Part shown: positions 54,006-63,102 of the stretch, one piece after another
Layout of the letters: every line of letters starts with the position of its first letter
Position numbering within the stretch: the first letter of the stretch is position 1
NCBI GenBank assembly: GCA_963779175.1
Contig: CAVZXA010000003.1
Coordinates: 257,551 to 321,550 of the forward strand
DNA: 64,000 nt
Source: an uncultured Acidobacteriota bacterium
GTDB taxonomy: Bacteria > Acidobacteriota > Vicinamibacteria > Vicinamibacterales > UBA2999
Direction: 5' to 3'
Program-made: the position numbers and the translations under genes
Notes under the pieces: generated by a model
What the model was told of the DNA's origin: nothing
Seen by the model: only the letters and a program-made list of their open reading frames with translations
Databases searched by the model: none

Positions 54006-54579
54006 GTGACGACGCCGTCGCGTTCGCGGCTCGGCGCCGTCGATCTCGTGCGGGGGGCGGCCATCGTGCTGATGGCCCTCGACCACACGCGCGACTACAC
54101 GACCGCGCTCAGGTTCCAGCCCGAGAACCTGGCGCTATGGCAACCCGGTGCCGTGGCGAGCGCAGGCAACGGCGGGCCTCACCGTTGCCTCGTTCCTCAA
54201 CCTGCTCACGTACCCGCCGTCACTGCAGTTTCTGCTGATGACGCTGGGTCCGGCGCTCATCGCGCTGGCCGGAGCGGAACAGGCGCGCGGGCCGATCGCC
54301 CGCCTGCTCGCCGTCTACGGCCGCGTGCCGCTGTTCTTCTACGTCGCGCACATCTTCGTCGTCCACGCGGTGGCGGTGCTGATTGCCTTCGCCCAGAGCG
54401 GCGAGTGGCGGCGGATCCAGGCGGTCACGCATCCGGACCAGATCCCGCCGTGGTTCGGCCTGTCGCTGCCGGGCGTCTACCTGGCGTGGCTGGTGGTCGT
54501 GGCGGTGCTCTACGTGCCGTGCCGCACGATGGACCGGTGGAAGGCGACCCGAACCGGGTGGTGGTGGCGCTACGTGTGA
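54006..54579 (+). pseudogene. DUF1624 / heparan-alpha-glucosaminide N-acetyltransferase-like membrane protein remnant. It has a frame break and appears to lack the central part
   Basis: The N-terminal signature RLGAVDLVRGAAIVLMALDHTRDY starts from the GTG at 54006. The C-terminal part lies in ORF 54148-54579 (TYPPSLQFLLMTLGPALIALAG...YGRVPLFFYVAHIFVVHAVAV). The total of about 190 aa is much shorter than I expect for this family. Confidence 0.55.
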
Positions 54580-54592
54580 GAGGCCGGGTGGC

Positions 54593-54994
54593 TCAGTTGC
54601 GCTGTCGGCCGTCGATCGGGCTGCCGAAACGCAAGGTGTTGCCGTCGGGATCGCGGACGTAGACTTCGCGCATGCCCCACGTCTGGTCAACCGGCCCGTC
54701 TTCGACCGGCGACGACGGGCGTCCCGGTGTCGTCAGGCCCTTCGTGATGAAGCCCTGGAACAACGCGTCGACGTCGTCCACGTAGAAGTAGGTCGAGGTG
54801 CCGGTCGGGCCGTCGCCACCGAAGGCCGACAGGTGAATCTGCTGGCCGTCGAGCGACACGCCGAAGTACACCGGGCCGTCCGGTCCAGCGGCGTAACGGA
54901 AGTCGATCACGAACCCGAGCCGGTCGCAGTAGAAACCGGTGGCCCGCTCGGCATTCGTGATCCTGAGGATCGGCACCGCACGCCGGACGGCCAC
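54593..54994 (-). CDS. VOC-family (glyoxalase/bleomycin-resistance-like) protein
   Basis: This is an intact 133-aa ORF. It reads PILRITNAERATGFYCDRLGFVIDF...GMREVYVRDPDGNTLRFG, a typical VOC fold. Confidence 0.8.
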   Translation of the reverse strand: MAVRRAVPILRITNAERATGFYCDRLGFVIDFRYAAGPDGPVYFGVSLDGQQIHLSAFGGDGPTGTSTYFYVDDVDALFQGFITKGLTTPGRPSSPVEDGPVDQTWGMREVYVRDPDGNTLRFGSPIDGRQRN

Positions 54995-54999
54995 CGCGG

Positions 55000-55497
55000 C
55001 TACTTCGGCCGGCTCACCGGCGGCACGATGCCGTTGACGCGGTAGGCGGTGACCAGCTTGCCGTAGTGTTCGCCCTGATGATCGAGCCAGCTGACCAGCC
55101 GCGGCGACGGGCTCTTCTCGACCAGCGGATACGACTCGGCAATCGCCGCTTCCATCTCGGACACGACCGAGGCGCGGGTCTGGGGTTTCGACGCGTCGGC
55201 TTTTTCCGCCGCGCCGAAGTCGAACTTCTCGCCGCGCGCCACGGCCGATGTCATCCGCAGGCCGATCGTCACGTGGCGCAGCTCGTCGAGCACGCTGCGC
55301 GAATCGGGATGCGGCTTCCAGCCCAGCTTCGCATCCGGGAACTGCGTATCTTTCGCCATCACGAGGATCTTGTCGTGCAGCGCCTTCCAGGTGCGCAGCA
55401 CCGCGGCCTCGTAGGTCGGGGGCGGCTGCGGCGCCTGGGCGGCGACCGAGGAGGCGGTGGCGACGACGAGCAGGGCAGACAGTGTCAGCAGCTTCAT
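55000..55497 (-). CDS. Secreted DinB-family-like four-helix-bundle protein
   Basis: This is the 165-aa terminal segment of track ORF 55000-59544, starting at the ATG at 55497. It has the signal MKLLTLSALLVVATASSVAAQA and a DinB-like end ...WLDHQGEHYGKLVTAYRVNG. Confidence 0.65.
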   Translation of the reverse strand: MKLLTLSALLVVATASSVAAQAPQPPPTYEAAVLRTWKALHDKILVMAKDTQFPDAKLGWKPHPDSRSVLDELRHVTIGLRMTSAVARGEKFDFGAAEKADASKPQTRASVVSEMEAAIAESYPLVEKSPSPRLVSWLDHQGEHYGKLVTAYRVNGIVPPVSRPK

Positions 55498-55595
55498 GGG
55501 TGACCTCCGGGGACGCTCGATTCTACGCGCCGCGGCGACGGCCGCCACGGGTTTGTGACCGGCGGCGGCCGGCAGGGACGAGGGCCGGTGTGCAG

Positions 55596-56818
55596 CTATT
55601 TCAGCCCCTCTGCCACCGTCAGGAAGCGGTCGATGTCGGCGTCGGTGTTGAAGAGCGCCGGGGACACCCGGATCTGCGTGCCGTTCTCGCGCACGCTCAC
55701 CGACGTCTTCGTGTCGGCCAGGTGCTTCGCGATGGCGTCGGCGGCTTTCGTCACCTTGAAGGCGACGATCGACGAGCGGTTGCCGTCGGGTGTCAACACG
55801 GCGAACCCCAGCGTGCGCAAGCCCTTCTGGAGACGATGCGCGAGGGCCACCGAGTGGGTCTCGATACGGTCGACGCCCACGGTCGTGATGTAGTCGAGCC
55901 CGGCGCCGAGCTGGTAGATGGGCCCGAAGGCCGGCGTGGCGTAGTCGAACTTCTTCGCGGTCTCGTAGATCTTGAAGTCGGTCGGGCCGAGCGTCTTCTC
56001 GACGTGCCGCCAGCCGTAGCGGTCGACCGTCACCCGCGGCAGCACCTCGCGGCGCACGTAGAACGGCGCCACGCCGTAGCTGCCGAGCACCCACTTGTAG
56101 GTGCCGATGCACATCGCATCGACGCCGGCCGCCTGCACGTCGACCGGGAACATGCCCACGGCCTGGATGCCGTCGGTGTAGCAGAAGGCGCCGTGCGCGT
56201 GGGCGAGGTCCGCGATGGCGCGCATGTCGTGGCGGAAGCCGTTCTGATGCGACACCCACGCCACCGAGACCAGCTTCGTGCGCCGGTTCACCAGCGGTTC
56301 GAGCTCCTTCACCGTGACCGCGCCGCCGACCGCCTTCGCGATCCGGAGTTCGACCCCGGTGGACTTCGCCAGCTCGGAATAGAGCACGAACTCGCTCTCG
56401 TAGTGCAGCTCGTCGATGACCACGTTGTCGCCACGCGTGAGACCGAGCGACCGCGCGATGACGTTCTCGCCTTCGCTCGTCGCCGACGAGGAACGCGACC
56501 TCGTCCGGGCTGGCGTTGATGAGGCGCGCGTACTGCGCGCGCACGTCCTCGGTCTTGCGCAGCATGTCGCCGAGCACAATCGGCGCGTGGGTCTTGGCGT
56601 CGGCGAAGGCGCGACCAACCGCTGCCACCTGCAGCGGCGACGGCGTGATGTAGGCGGCGTTCAGCGACAGCACGGAGTCGGCGACGGGGAAGTCCTTGCG
56701 CACGCCCAGGGGATCGCCCGCCGGCCTGCGCGACCGCGTCGAGAGGCAGCGCCGGCAGCGACGACAGCCCGGCCATGGCCGGCAGTGCCGTGAGCAAGGT
56801 GCGACGGGAGACAGCCAT
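55596..56818 (-). pseudogene. Class-V aminotransferase-fold PLP enzyme (cysteine desulfurase / isopenicillin-N-epimerase-like) with a Tat-type signal, two frame breaks
   Basis: The N-terminus MAVSRRTLLTALPAMAGLSSLPALPLDAVA lies in ORF 56309-56818. The next segment RKDFPVADSVLSLNAAYITPSPLQVAAVGRAFADAK... lies in the frame of ORF 55000-59544. The body lies in ORF 55596-56618 (…VSVAWVSHQNGFRHDMRAIADLAHAHGAFCYTDGIQAVG…IGTYKWVLGSYGVAPFYV…). Confidence 0.8.
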
Positions 56819-57707
56819 GGCGGACCTCGTCGCCTAGCGGGCGCTCGACGCGGGTGCCGAGCAGCTGGCGGATCTGCTTCACGGCGTAGTCGCTCTTCAT
56901 CTCGAAGAGCTTCTTCCCCAGTTCCGCCGACGACCGGCGGCCATCGCCGGTGATGCCGTTGTTGACCCGCGGCTTCGAGCGGTCGGGCTTCTCGCCGGGC
57001 GCCGGCAGCGGATCGCCGAGCGCGTCTTTCACGAGTTCCTTCCGCACCCAGCCCTTGTCGCCGCCCAGGTACAGCATCTCGGACGTATCGGGGATGCCGG
57101 CATGCGCGCTGCCCGGATAGCCCTGCGTCTTCAGCCATGCATCGAAGTCGCCGTTGGCCTTGCCGTAGACCTCGTCGCAGAAGACCACGCGGATGCCCTG
57201 GCCGGCGTACTTGGCATCGAGCTTCGCCGCCACTGACTTCAGCTGCGCCTGGCCGCCGCCGTGATCGCCCATCAGCACGACGCTCTTGAAGCCGGTCTTG
57301 ATCAGCTCTTCGGCAATCTGCTCGTTGATGGCCTCGAAGATCTCGTTGGTCAGCCCGATCGTGCCCGGCAGATCCGCGCTGGCGCGGTTGGGCGAGAAGG
57401 GCAGCACCGGCGCCGCGAGGGCGTTGCCGAGCTTCAGCGCGATATCGCGGACCTGCTCGCGGCCGAGCAGCGTGTGGCCGCCGTTGACGTTCTGGGGGCC
57501 GCGCTGTTCGGTGCCGCCGTTGTAGACCAGCGCCGTGGTCTTGCCGGCGGCCAGCGCCTGCTTCACCTCGGGCCACGTCATCATCTCGAACTCGACGTTC
57601 GGCGTGCGCGTCGTGGCGGCCCCCGGGGCAATGCCCTGGGCCTCCGCCCGTCCCGCCATTGCCAGTACCGCCACCACCATCAACCCGCCCCACGTGCCGT
57701 ATCGCAT
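56661..57707 (-). CDS. Secreted creatininase-family (creatinine amidohydrolase-like) protein. The 3' end is uncertain
   Basis: It has the signal MRYGTWGGLMVVAVLAMAGRAEA. Family-like blocks are present (TTALVYNGGTEQRGPQNVNGGHTL, FKSVVLMGDHGGGQ, HAGIPDTSEML). Similarity appears to end near aa 290 (about 56837). The ORF then runs a further roughly 58 codons into the aminotransferase start region, which may reflect an indel near the true stop. Confidence 0.7.
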   Translation of the reverse strand: MRYGTWGGLMVVAVLAMAGRAEAQGIAPGAATTRTPNVEFEMMTWPEVKQALAAGKTTALVYNGGTEQRGPQNVNGGHTLLGREQVRDIALKLGNALAAPVLPFSPNRASADLPGTIGLTNEIFEAINEQIAEELIKTGFKSVVLMGDHGGGQAQLKSVAAKLDAKYAGQGIRVVFCDEVYGKANGDFDAWLKTQGYPGSAHAGIPDTSEMLYLGGDKGWVRKELVKDALGDPLPAPGEKPDRSKPRVNNGITGDGRRSSAELGKKLFEMKSDYAVKQIRQLLGTRVERPLGDEVRHGCLPSHLAHGTAGHGRAVVAAGAASRRGRAGRRAIPWACARTSPSPTPCCR

Positions 57708-57813
57708 GATGTCTGCCTTCCGTGGCCGGCAGCCACGCCTCTTGCAGGCGGGTGCCGGTCAAACGCGCCCCAAGAATAGCCGACGCCAGCGGGGCCCGGG
57801 CGATAATGGCGCC

Positions 57814-59691
57814 GTGCGTGCCGTCGCCGCTGGAGTGGTGTGGGGGCTGCTGGCGCTGGTGTCCGGCGGATGCGGCGGCGGGGCCGGCACGCCCGGCGGC
57901 CCGACGCCCGCGGTCACGCCGGCTGCGCCGCGTCACGTGCTGCTCGTCACCATCGACACCCTGCGCGCCGATCGCGTCGGCGCCTATGGCGCCGCGACCG
58001 CGCGGACGCCCCATCTCGACGCCCTGGCGGCCGCCGGGATGCGCGCCACTCACGCCTACGCCACGGCGCCGGTGACGCTGCCCTCGCACGCGTCGATCCT
58101 GACCGGGCGCTATCCGCCCGCGCATGGCGCCCGCCACAACGGCGTGGCGTTGCCCGACGGCGCCGTCACCCTCGCGACGGTGTTCAAAGCGGCCGGATTC
58201 GCCACCGGCGCCTTCGTCAGTGCGTTTCCGCTGGATCGACGCTTCGGCCTCGCCGCCGGCTTCGACGTCTACGGCGACCGCTGGGCCCGCGCGCCCGATG
58301 GGCGGCCCACCGACGAACGCGCCGGGCAGCTCACGGTGGACGAGGCGTTGGCGTGGCGCCGCTCCACCGGCGATGCCCGCACGTTTCTGTGGGTGCATCT
58401 GTTCGAGCCACACGCGCCGTATGGCGACGCGCGCAGCGGTCGCGCCGTGAGCGATCGCTACGACGACGAGATCGCGGAGGCCGATCGGCAGGTCGGCCGG
58501 CTGCTCGACGGGCTCGGCCCGGCGCGGGCCGAGACGCTCGTGGTCGTCACCGCCGATCACGGCGAGGCGTTCGGCGAACACGGAGAGATCGGCCACAGCG
58601 TGTTCGTCTACGACACGACGCTGCAGGTGCCGCTGATCCTCGCGGGACCGGGCGCGGCCCGCGGTCTGCTGCCTGATCCCGTGTCGCTGGTTGACATAGC
58701 ACCGACGGTGCTGGCGGCGACCGGGGTGCCGGCACCAGCGCCGCTCGATGGCGAGGCACTGCGGCAGGACCGCGGACTTCGACCGCGCGACGAGCCGCCG
58801 CGACAGCTCTACGCCGAGACGATGGCGCCGTTCGAAGACTTCGGCTGGAGTCCGCTGCGCTCGGTGCGCGCGGGCGTCACGAAGTACATCCTCGCGCCGA
58901 CGCCCGAACTCTATGACACGGCGGCCGATCCGGTGGAGGCGACCAACCTGATCACAAGCCACCAGGCGGAGGCGGCGCGCCTCAAGGCCGCGGTCGCGAC
59001 GTTCGCCCGGTCGCCCACGCCCGCCGCCGCGAGTGCCCTCACGCCCGACGCTCGCCGCCGCCTGCAGTCTCTCGGCTACCTCGGGGGCAGCGGCCCTCGA
59101 GCGGGGGAGCCGCTCGCCGATCCGAAAGACCGCCGCGAGCTGGCGGCGCGGCTCGCCGAGGTGACGTCCGGCGAGCTGAGTGGCCCGGCACTCGAAACGG
59201 CGCTGACGCGCATCCTCGCCGACGACCCGCGCAATCCGCAGGCGGCGCTGCGGCTTGGCTACGCGCGTGTCGCCCGTGGCGACTGCCCGGGCGCGGTGCC
59301 GCAGTTCCGGACCGCCATCGCCGCCGGGATGCCCACCGCCGACGCCCACCTCGGTCTCGCCGGCTGCCTTGCGGGCCTGCAGCGACTGGCCGAGGCCACG
59401 CGCGTGCTCGAGGACGCGGCTGCGGTCGAACCTGGCAACCCGGTCGTCATGGCCAACCAGGGCCTGATTCGCTCGGATGGCGGGCGACCGGCCGAGGCCG
59501 TGCCGTTCTTCCGCCGAGCGCTCGCTCTCGACCCGGAGCTGCACCAGGCGCGCTTCGGCCTGGCCATCGCCCTGGCGCGTGCGGGTGACCGCGAAGGCGC
59601 CTCGCGCGAAGCGTCAGAACTGCTGAGTCGCCTTCCCGCCATCGCCCCGCAGCGCGCCGAAGTGGCGCGTCTGCTCGCCGCGCTCCGCTGA
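57814..59691 (+). CDS. Sulfatase / alkaline-phosphatase-superfamily lipoprotein fused to C-terminal TPR repeats
   Basis: The start is a GTG at 57814 (VRAVAAGVVWGLLALVSGGCGG, lipobox-like). The sulfatase-fold blocks are VLLVTIDTLRADRVGAYG, PSHASILTGRYP and VVVTADHGEAFGEHGEIGHSVFVYD. The linker ...RRRLQSLGYLGG is followed by TPR-like helices to the stop at 59691. Confidence 0.75.
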   Translation: MRAVAAGVVWGLLALVSGGCGGGAGTPGGPTPAVTPAAPRHVLLVTIDTLRADRVGAYGAATARTPHLDALAAAGMRATHAYATAPVTLPSHASILTGRYPPAHGARHNGVALPDGAVTLATVFKAAGFATGAFVSAFPLDRRFGLAAGFDVYGDRWARAPDGRPTDERAGQLTVDEALAWRRSTGDARTFLWVHLFEPHAPYGDARSGRAVSDRYDDEIAEADRQVGRLLDGLGPARAETLVVVTADHGEAFGEHGEIGHSVFVYDTTLQVPLILAGPGAARGLLPDPVSLVDIAPTVLAATGVPAPAPLDGEALRQDRGLRPRDEPPRQLYAETMAPFEDFGWSPLRSVRAGVTKYILAPTPELYDTAADPVEATNLITSHQAEAARLKAAVATFARSPTPAAASALTPDARRRLQSLGYLGGSGPRAGEPLADPKDRRELAARLAEVTSGELSGPALETALTRILADDPRNPQAALRLGYARVARGDCPGAVPQFRTAIAAGMPTADAHLGLAGCLAGLQRLAEATRVLEDAAAVEPGNPVVMANQGLIRSDGGRPAEAVPFFRRALALDPELHQARFGLAIALARAGDREGASREASELLSRLPAIAPQRAEVARLLAALR

Positions 59692-59963
59692 ACGCCGGTC
59701 CCACGCCGATCCAATCCAGCACGAATATTTCGCCGTCCAGCCCAATTTTCCGGTGAGTTGTCCCTGATTGTCGCCGGATAATTGGATATGTCTCCGTCAC
59801 AGGTGCAGGGCCGTGTGGCGGTATCGGGCCGAATCCTGCGATCTCTCTGGCGGCGCGCCCCCTGGGACGAACTCCCCGTGGTTGGACCGGGCCTTGCTGT
59901 AGAACGTCCGTTACGGAAATTCAACGCATTTGACTCTGTACGACCAATCAGGGAGACCCATTT

Positions 59964-62904
59964 ATGAAAAAGCTCATTCTGGCGCTGTTTGCCAGCGTGG
60001 CGTTGTGCGCGGCGGAAGCCGGCGCGCAGCAGACGACCGGATCCATCATCGGCCGCGTGCTCGACGACCAGGGCGCGTCCATCCCGGGCGCGACCGTCAT
60101 CGGTCGCCAGCCCGCAGCACCGGCTTCACCCGCACCGACGTCAGCGACGCTGAAGGCGTCTATCGCCTGCGCGGCGCTGCCCGTGGGCACCGTTCGACCT
60201 CACGGTCGAGCTGTCCGGCTTCGCGTCCCTCGACAGCGCAAGGGCGTCGTCGTCAACGTCGGCCAGACCATCACCATCGACTTCACGCTCAAGGTCGCGG
60301 CCCTGGCCGAGACCGTCATCGTGACCGGCCAGACGCCCGCTCATCGAGGCGACGGTGTCGTCGGTGGGCGGCGTCGTCGACATCGGCCGCATCGAGAGCA
60401 TTCCGCTCAACGGCCGCCAGTTCGCCAACCTCGCCGCGACGCTGCCGGGCGTCGGCCTCGGCAACCACTCCGACCCGACCAAGAGCACGCAGTACTCGCC
60501 GCAGATCAACGGCGGCAACGGCCGCAACGTCAACTACCAGATCGACGGCGGCGACAACAACGACGACACCGTCGGCGGCCTGCTGCAGCTGTTCCCGCTC
60601 GAGGCGATCCAGGAGTTCAACTTCGTGACCTCGCGCGCCAAGGCCGAGAACGGCCGCAGCAACGGCGGCGTGATGAACATCGTGACCAAGAGCGGCACCA
60701 ACAGCTACCGCGGCAGCTTCTTCGAGCTGTTCCGCGACAAGTCGATGAACGTCGATCACCGACCACCGAGAAGAACGGCGGCGCCGACAAGCAGGACTAC
60801 CGCCGTAACCAGTTCGGCGGCAGCTTCGGCGGCCCGATCCTGAAGGACAAGGTGCACTACTTCGCCGCCGCCGAGCGCACGCAGCAGGACACCAAACAGG
60901 TGGTCAACACCCGCGGGCCTGTTCCCGAGCCTCGACGGCACCTTCGACACGCCCTACCGCGAGACGCTCGCTGAACGTGAAGGTGACGGCCAACGTCACG
61001 CGCCAACCAGTACCTGTCGGTGCGCTACGGCCGCAACCAGAACTCGCAGCCCTACGGCGCCACCTCGCTCAACGCCGGTCAGACGGCTGGGGCGACAGCA
61101 CGAACAAGTTCAACTCGATCAACGCCAACCACAACTGGGTGCGTCGGCGGCAGCATGCTGAACGAGTTCATCTTCCAGTACGCCGACTTCGCGAACAACA
61201 TCTCGGCCAACAGCCAGGATCCGTACGAGAGCTTCCCGAACGGCGTCGCCATCGGCCAGAGCCCGAACACGCCGCAGACCACCGAGCAGAAGAAGTGGCA
61301 GTTCCGCGACGACTTCTCGTGGCACGTCACCGGCATGGGCGGCATCGGCCACGACTTCAAGGCCGGCGTCAACTTCATCAACGAGCCGCGCCTGTTCATC
61401 ACCTTCAACTCGGGCAAGGGCGTCGTCCAGCACACGCACCTCACCGACGATCGTCAGCGGCCCGATCTCGGTCATCACGCTCAACGACGGCGACGCCTCG
61501 GCCAACATCCCGCTGAAGCAGTACGCCGGCTACGTGCAGGACGACTGGGCGGTGACCGACAACCTGACGCTCAACATCGGCCTGCGCTACGACCTCATCA
61601 CGGGCTACCAGTTCGACCAGTCGAAGAACCCCAACTTCGTGATCATGCAGAACGCCGGCAAGGCGGGACTGCTGGCCGGCATCAAGGGCCTCGAGAACTT
61701 CGGCAAGGATCCGAAGAACGACACCAACAACTGGCAGCCGCGCCTCGGCTTCGCCTACACGCTGCGCGGACGGCAAGGACGTGCTGCGCGGCGGCTGGGG
61801 CATCTACATGGACATGGCCTACACGAACTCGAACGCGCTGTTCGCGGCCAGTGACTCCACCGGCAAGGGCTTCGGCGCCGTCGTCTCGATCGACAACCAG
61901 TCGGGCATCCGCAACCCCGACGGCTCGTTCTTCCGCGTCGGCCAGCCGCTGGCCAACATCCTGAGCCAGAACCAGTCGACGCCCGGCGCGGTGCCGGTCT
62001 TCGGCCAGTTCACCGACCCGCGTCTGCAGATGCCGTACACGCGGCAGACCTCGCTCGGCTACTCGTTCCAGCTGACCGAGTCGATGGTCATCACGGTCGA
62101 CGGCGTGCGCGCCGACGGCCGCAACCTCAACTCGCGCCCGCGCATCAACGTCGGCACGGTCGGCGGCGGGCAACGGCGGCGCGCGGCAGCTCGCGTTCCT
62201 CAACGTGACGCCGGCGGCCATGGGCACGCGCCCGGCGATCAGCGAAGCGGAGAGCGACTACACGGCGCTCATCACCGGCTTCAAGCGCCGCATGACCAAC
62301 AACCTCGACCTGACGGCCACCTACACGCTGGCCAAGGCCAACAGCCAGATCGGCTCGGCGGCCGACGAACTGAACGCCAACAACCTGCAGGACGCGCGCG
62401 CTGCTCTACGACGACGACCGCGTCAACGGCCCGACGTCGCGCACCGACGCGCGTCACCAGGGTTCGCTCGCGGCGGTGTATCTCTTCAAGGGCTTCACCG
62501 TGGCGCCGACGTTCTTCTACCGCTCGCGCCTGCCGCTGGCGACCATCACGGGTGTCGACACCAACCTGAACCGCGAGAACAACGACCTGACGGCTCGCGC
62601 GTACCAGTACACGGGTGTCGGCAAGGCGCCGAAGGAAATCGGCGAGTGCAAGACCTACAACTGCAGCCGCGGCGCGTGGCGCACGCAGGCCAACCTGCGC
62701 CTGTCCTACGACATCAAGATCAAGGGCAGCGCGCGCGTCACGGCCATTGCCGAGGCGTTCAACCTGTTCAACGCCGAGAACCCGGGCTTCGCGCTGGTGC
62801 AGAACCAGACGAGCACGTCGTTCATGCAGCCGAACGCGTTCGCTGGTGACTTCCAGCAGAGCGAACAGCGTCTGGCTCAGGTCGGGTTCCGGTTCTCGTT
62901 CTAA
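59964..62904 (+). pseudogene. TonB-dependent receptor with an N-terminal carboxypeptidase-regulatory-like domain, many frame breaks
   Basis: It has the signal MKKLILALFASVALCAAEAGAQ and a CarboxypepD_reg-like start TTGSIIGRVLDDQGASIPGATV. The plug block IESIPLNGRQFANLAATLPGV...INGGNGRNVNYQIDGGDNND lies in ORF 60355-60843. Barrel pieces lie in ORFs 61020-61964, 61534-61854, 61781-62569 and 62476-62904. The terminus ...LAQVGFRFSF* has the typical aromatic end. Confidence 0.8.
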
Positions 62905-62941
62905 CGCGGCCTGCGGCCGCGTCAGAACGACGGGGCTGGGG

Positions 62942-63076
62942 GCTAGCGGCTGGCGGCTAGTCTTCACGCAGTCACGCTGCGGGGCGGCTTCCTTTCGGGG
63001 GCCGCCCCGTTTCTTTTCTCCGTCGCGACGGGCGGCGGATGCCGGGCTGCCGTGTGTCTAGCCGCCAGCCGCTAGC
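62942..63076. repeat. 135-bp element bounded by a perfect 19-bp inverted repeat of the GCGGCTAG-type motif
   Basis: The arm gctagcggctggcggctag (62942-62960) is the exact reverse complement of ctagccgccagccgctagc (63058-63076). The intrinsic terminator lies inside the loop. A further cgccagccgctgg copy follows at 63077-63089. Confidence 0.7.
62980..63019 (+). terminator. Rho-independent terminator downstream of the TonB-dependent receptor
   Basis: The 13-bp GC-rich stem cggggcggcttcc / ggggGccgccccg (62980-62992 pairs with 62997-63009, two G-U pairs) has the tetraloop tttc. The T-rich tract tttcttttct follows at 63010-63019. Confidence 0.85.
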
Positions 63077-63102
63077 CGCCAGCCGCTGGCCTGAAGCTGC
63101 GC

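Noticed and set aside
55000-59544. Very long track ORFs, such as the 1514-aa ORF at 55000-59544 (-), the 1195-aa ORF at 31683-35270 (+), the 834-aa ORF at 2323-4827 (-), and the 656/636-aa ORFs across 19697-21672
   Set aside because: These are read-through artefacts of stop-poor, very GC-rich DNA. Only short segments of each carry recognisable protein sequence, for example the DinB-like end and an aminotransferase segment in 55000-59544, and parts of P_B and T_B in 31683-35270. The rest is Arg/Ala/Pro/Gly-rich nonsense antisense to, or out of frame with, the real genes.
59740-59790. TPP (THI-box) riboswitch look-alike upstream of the TonB-dependent receptor: ccggugaguugucccugauugucgccggauaauugg
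   Set aside because: It shares the strings CCUGAU and GGAUAAU with the THI-box. However, it lacks the CUGAGA junction, the pairing partner after AUAAU (GCCAGCG-type) and the terminal AGGGA. The spacing is also wrong. By eye this is not a credible match, and only an Infernal scan could revive it.
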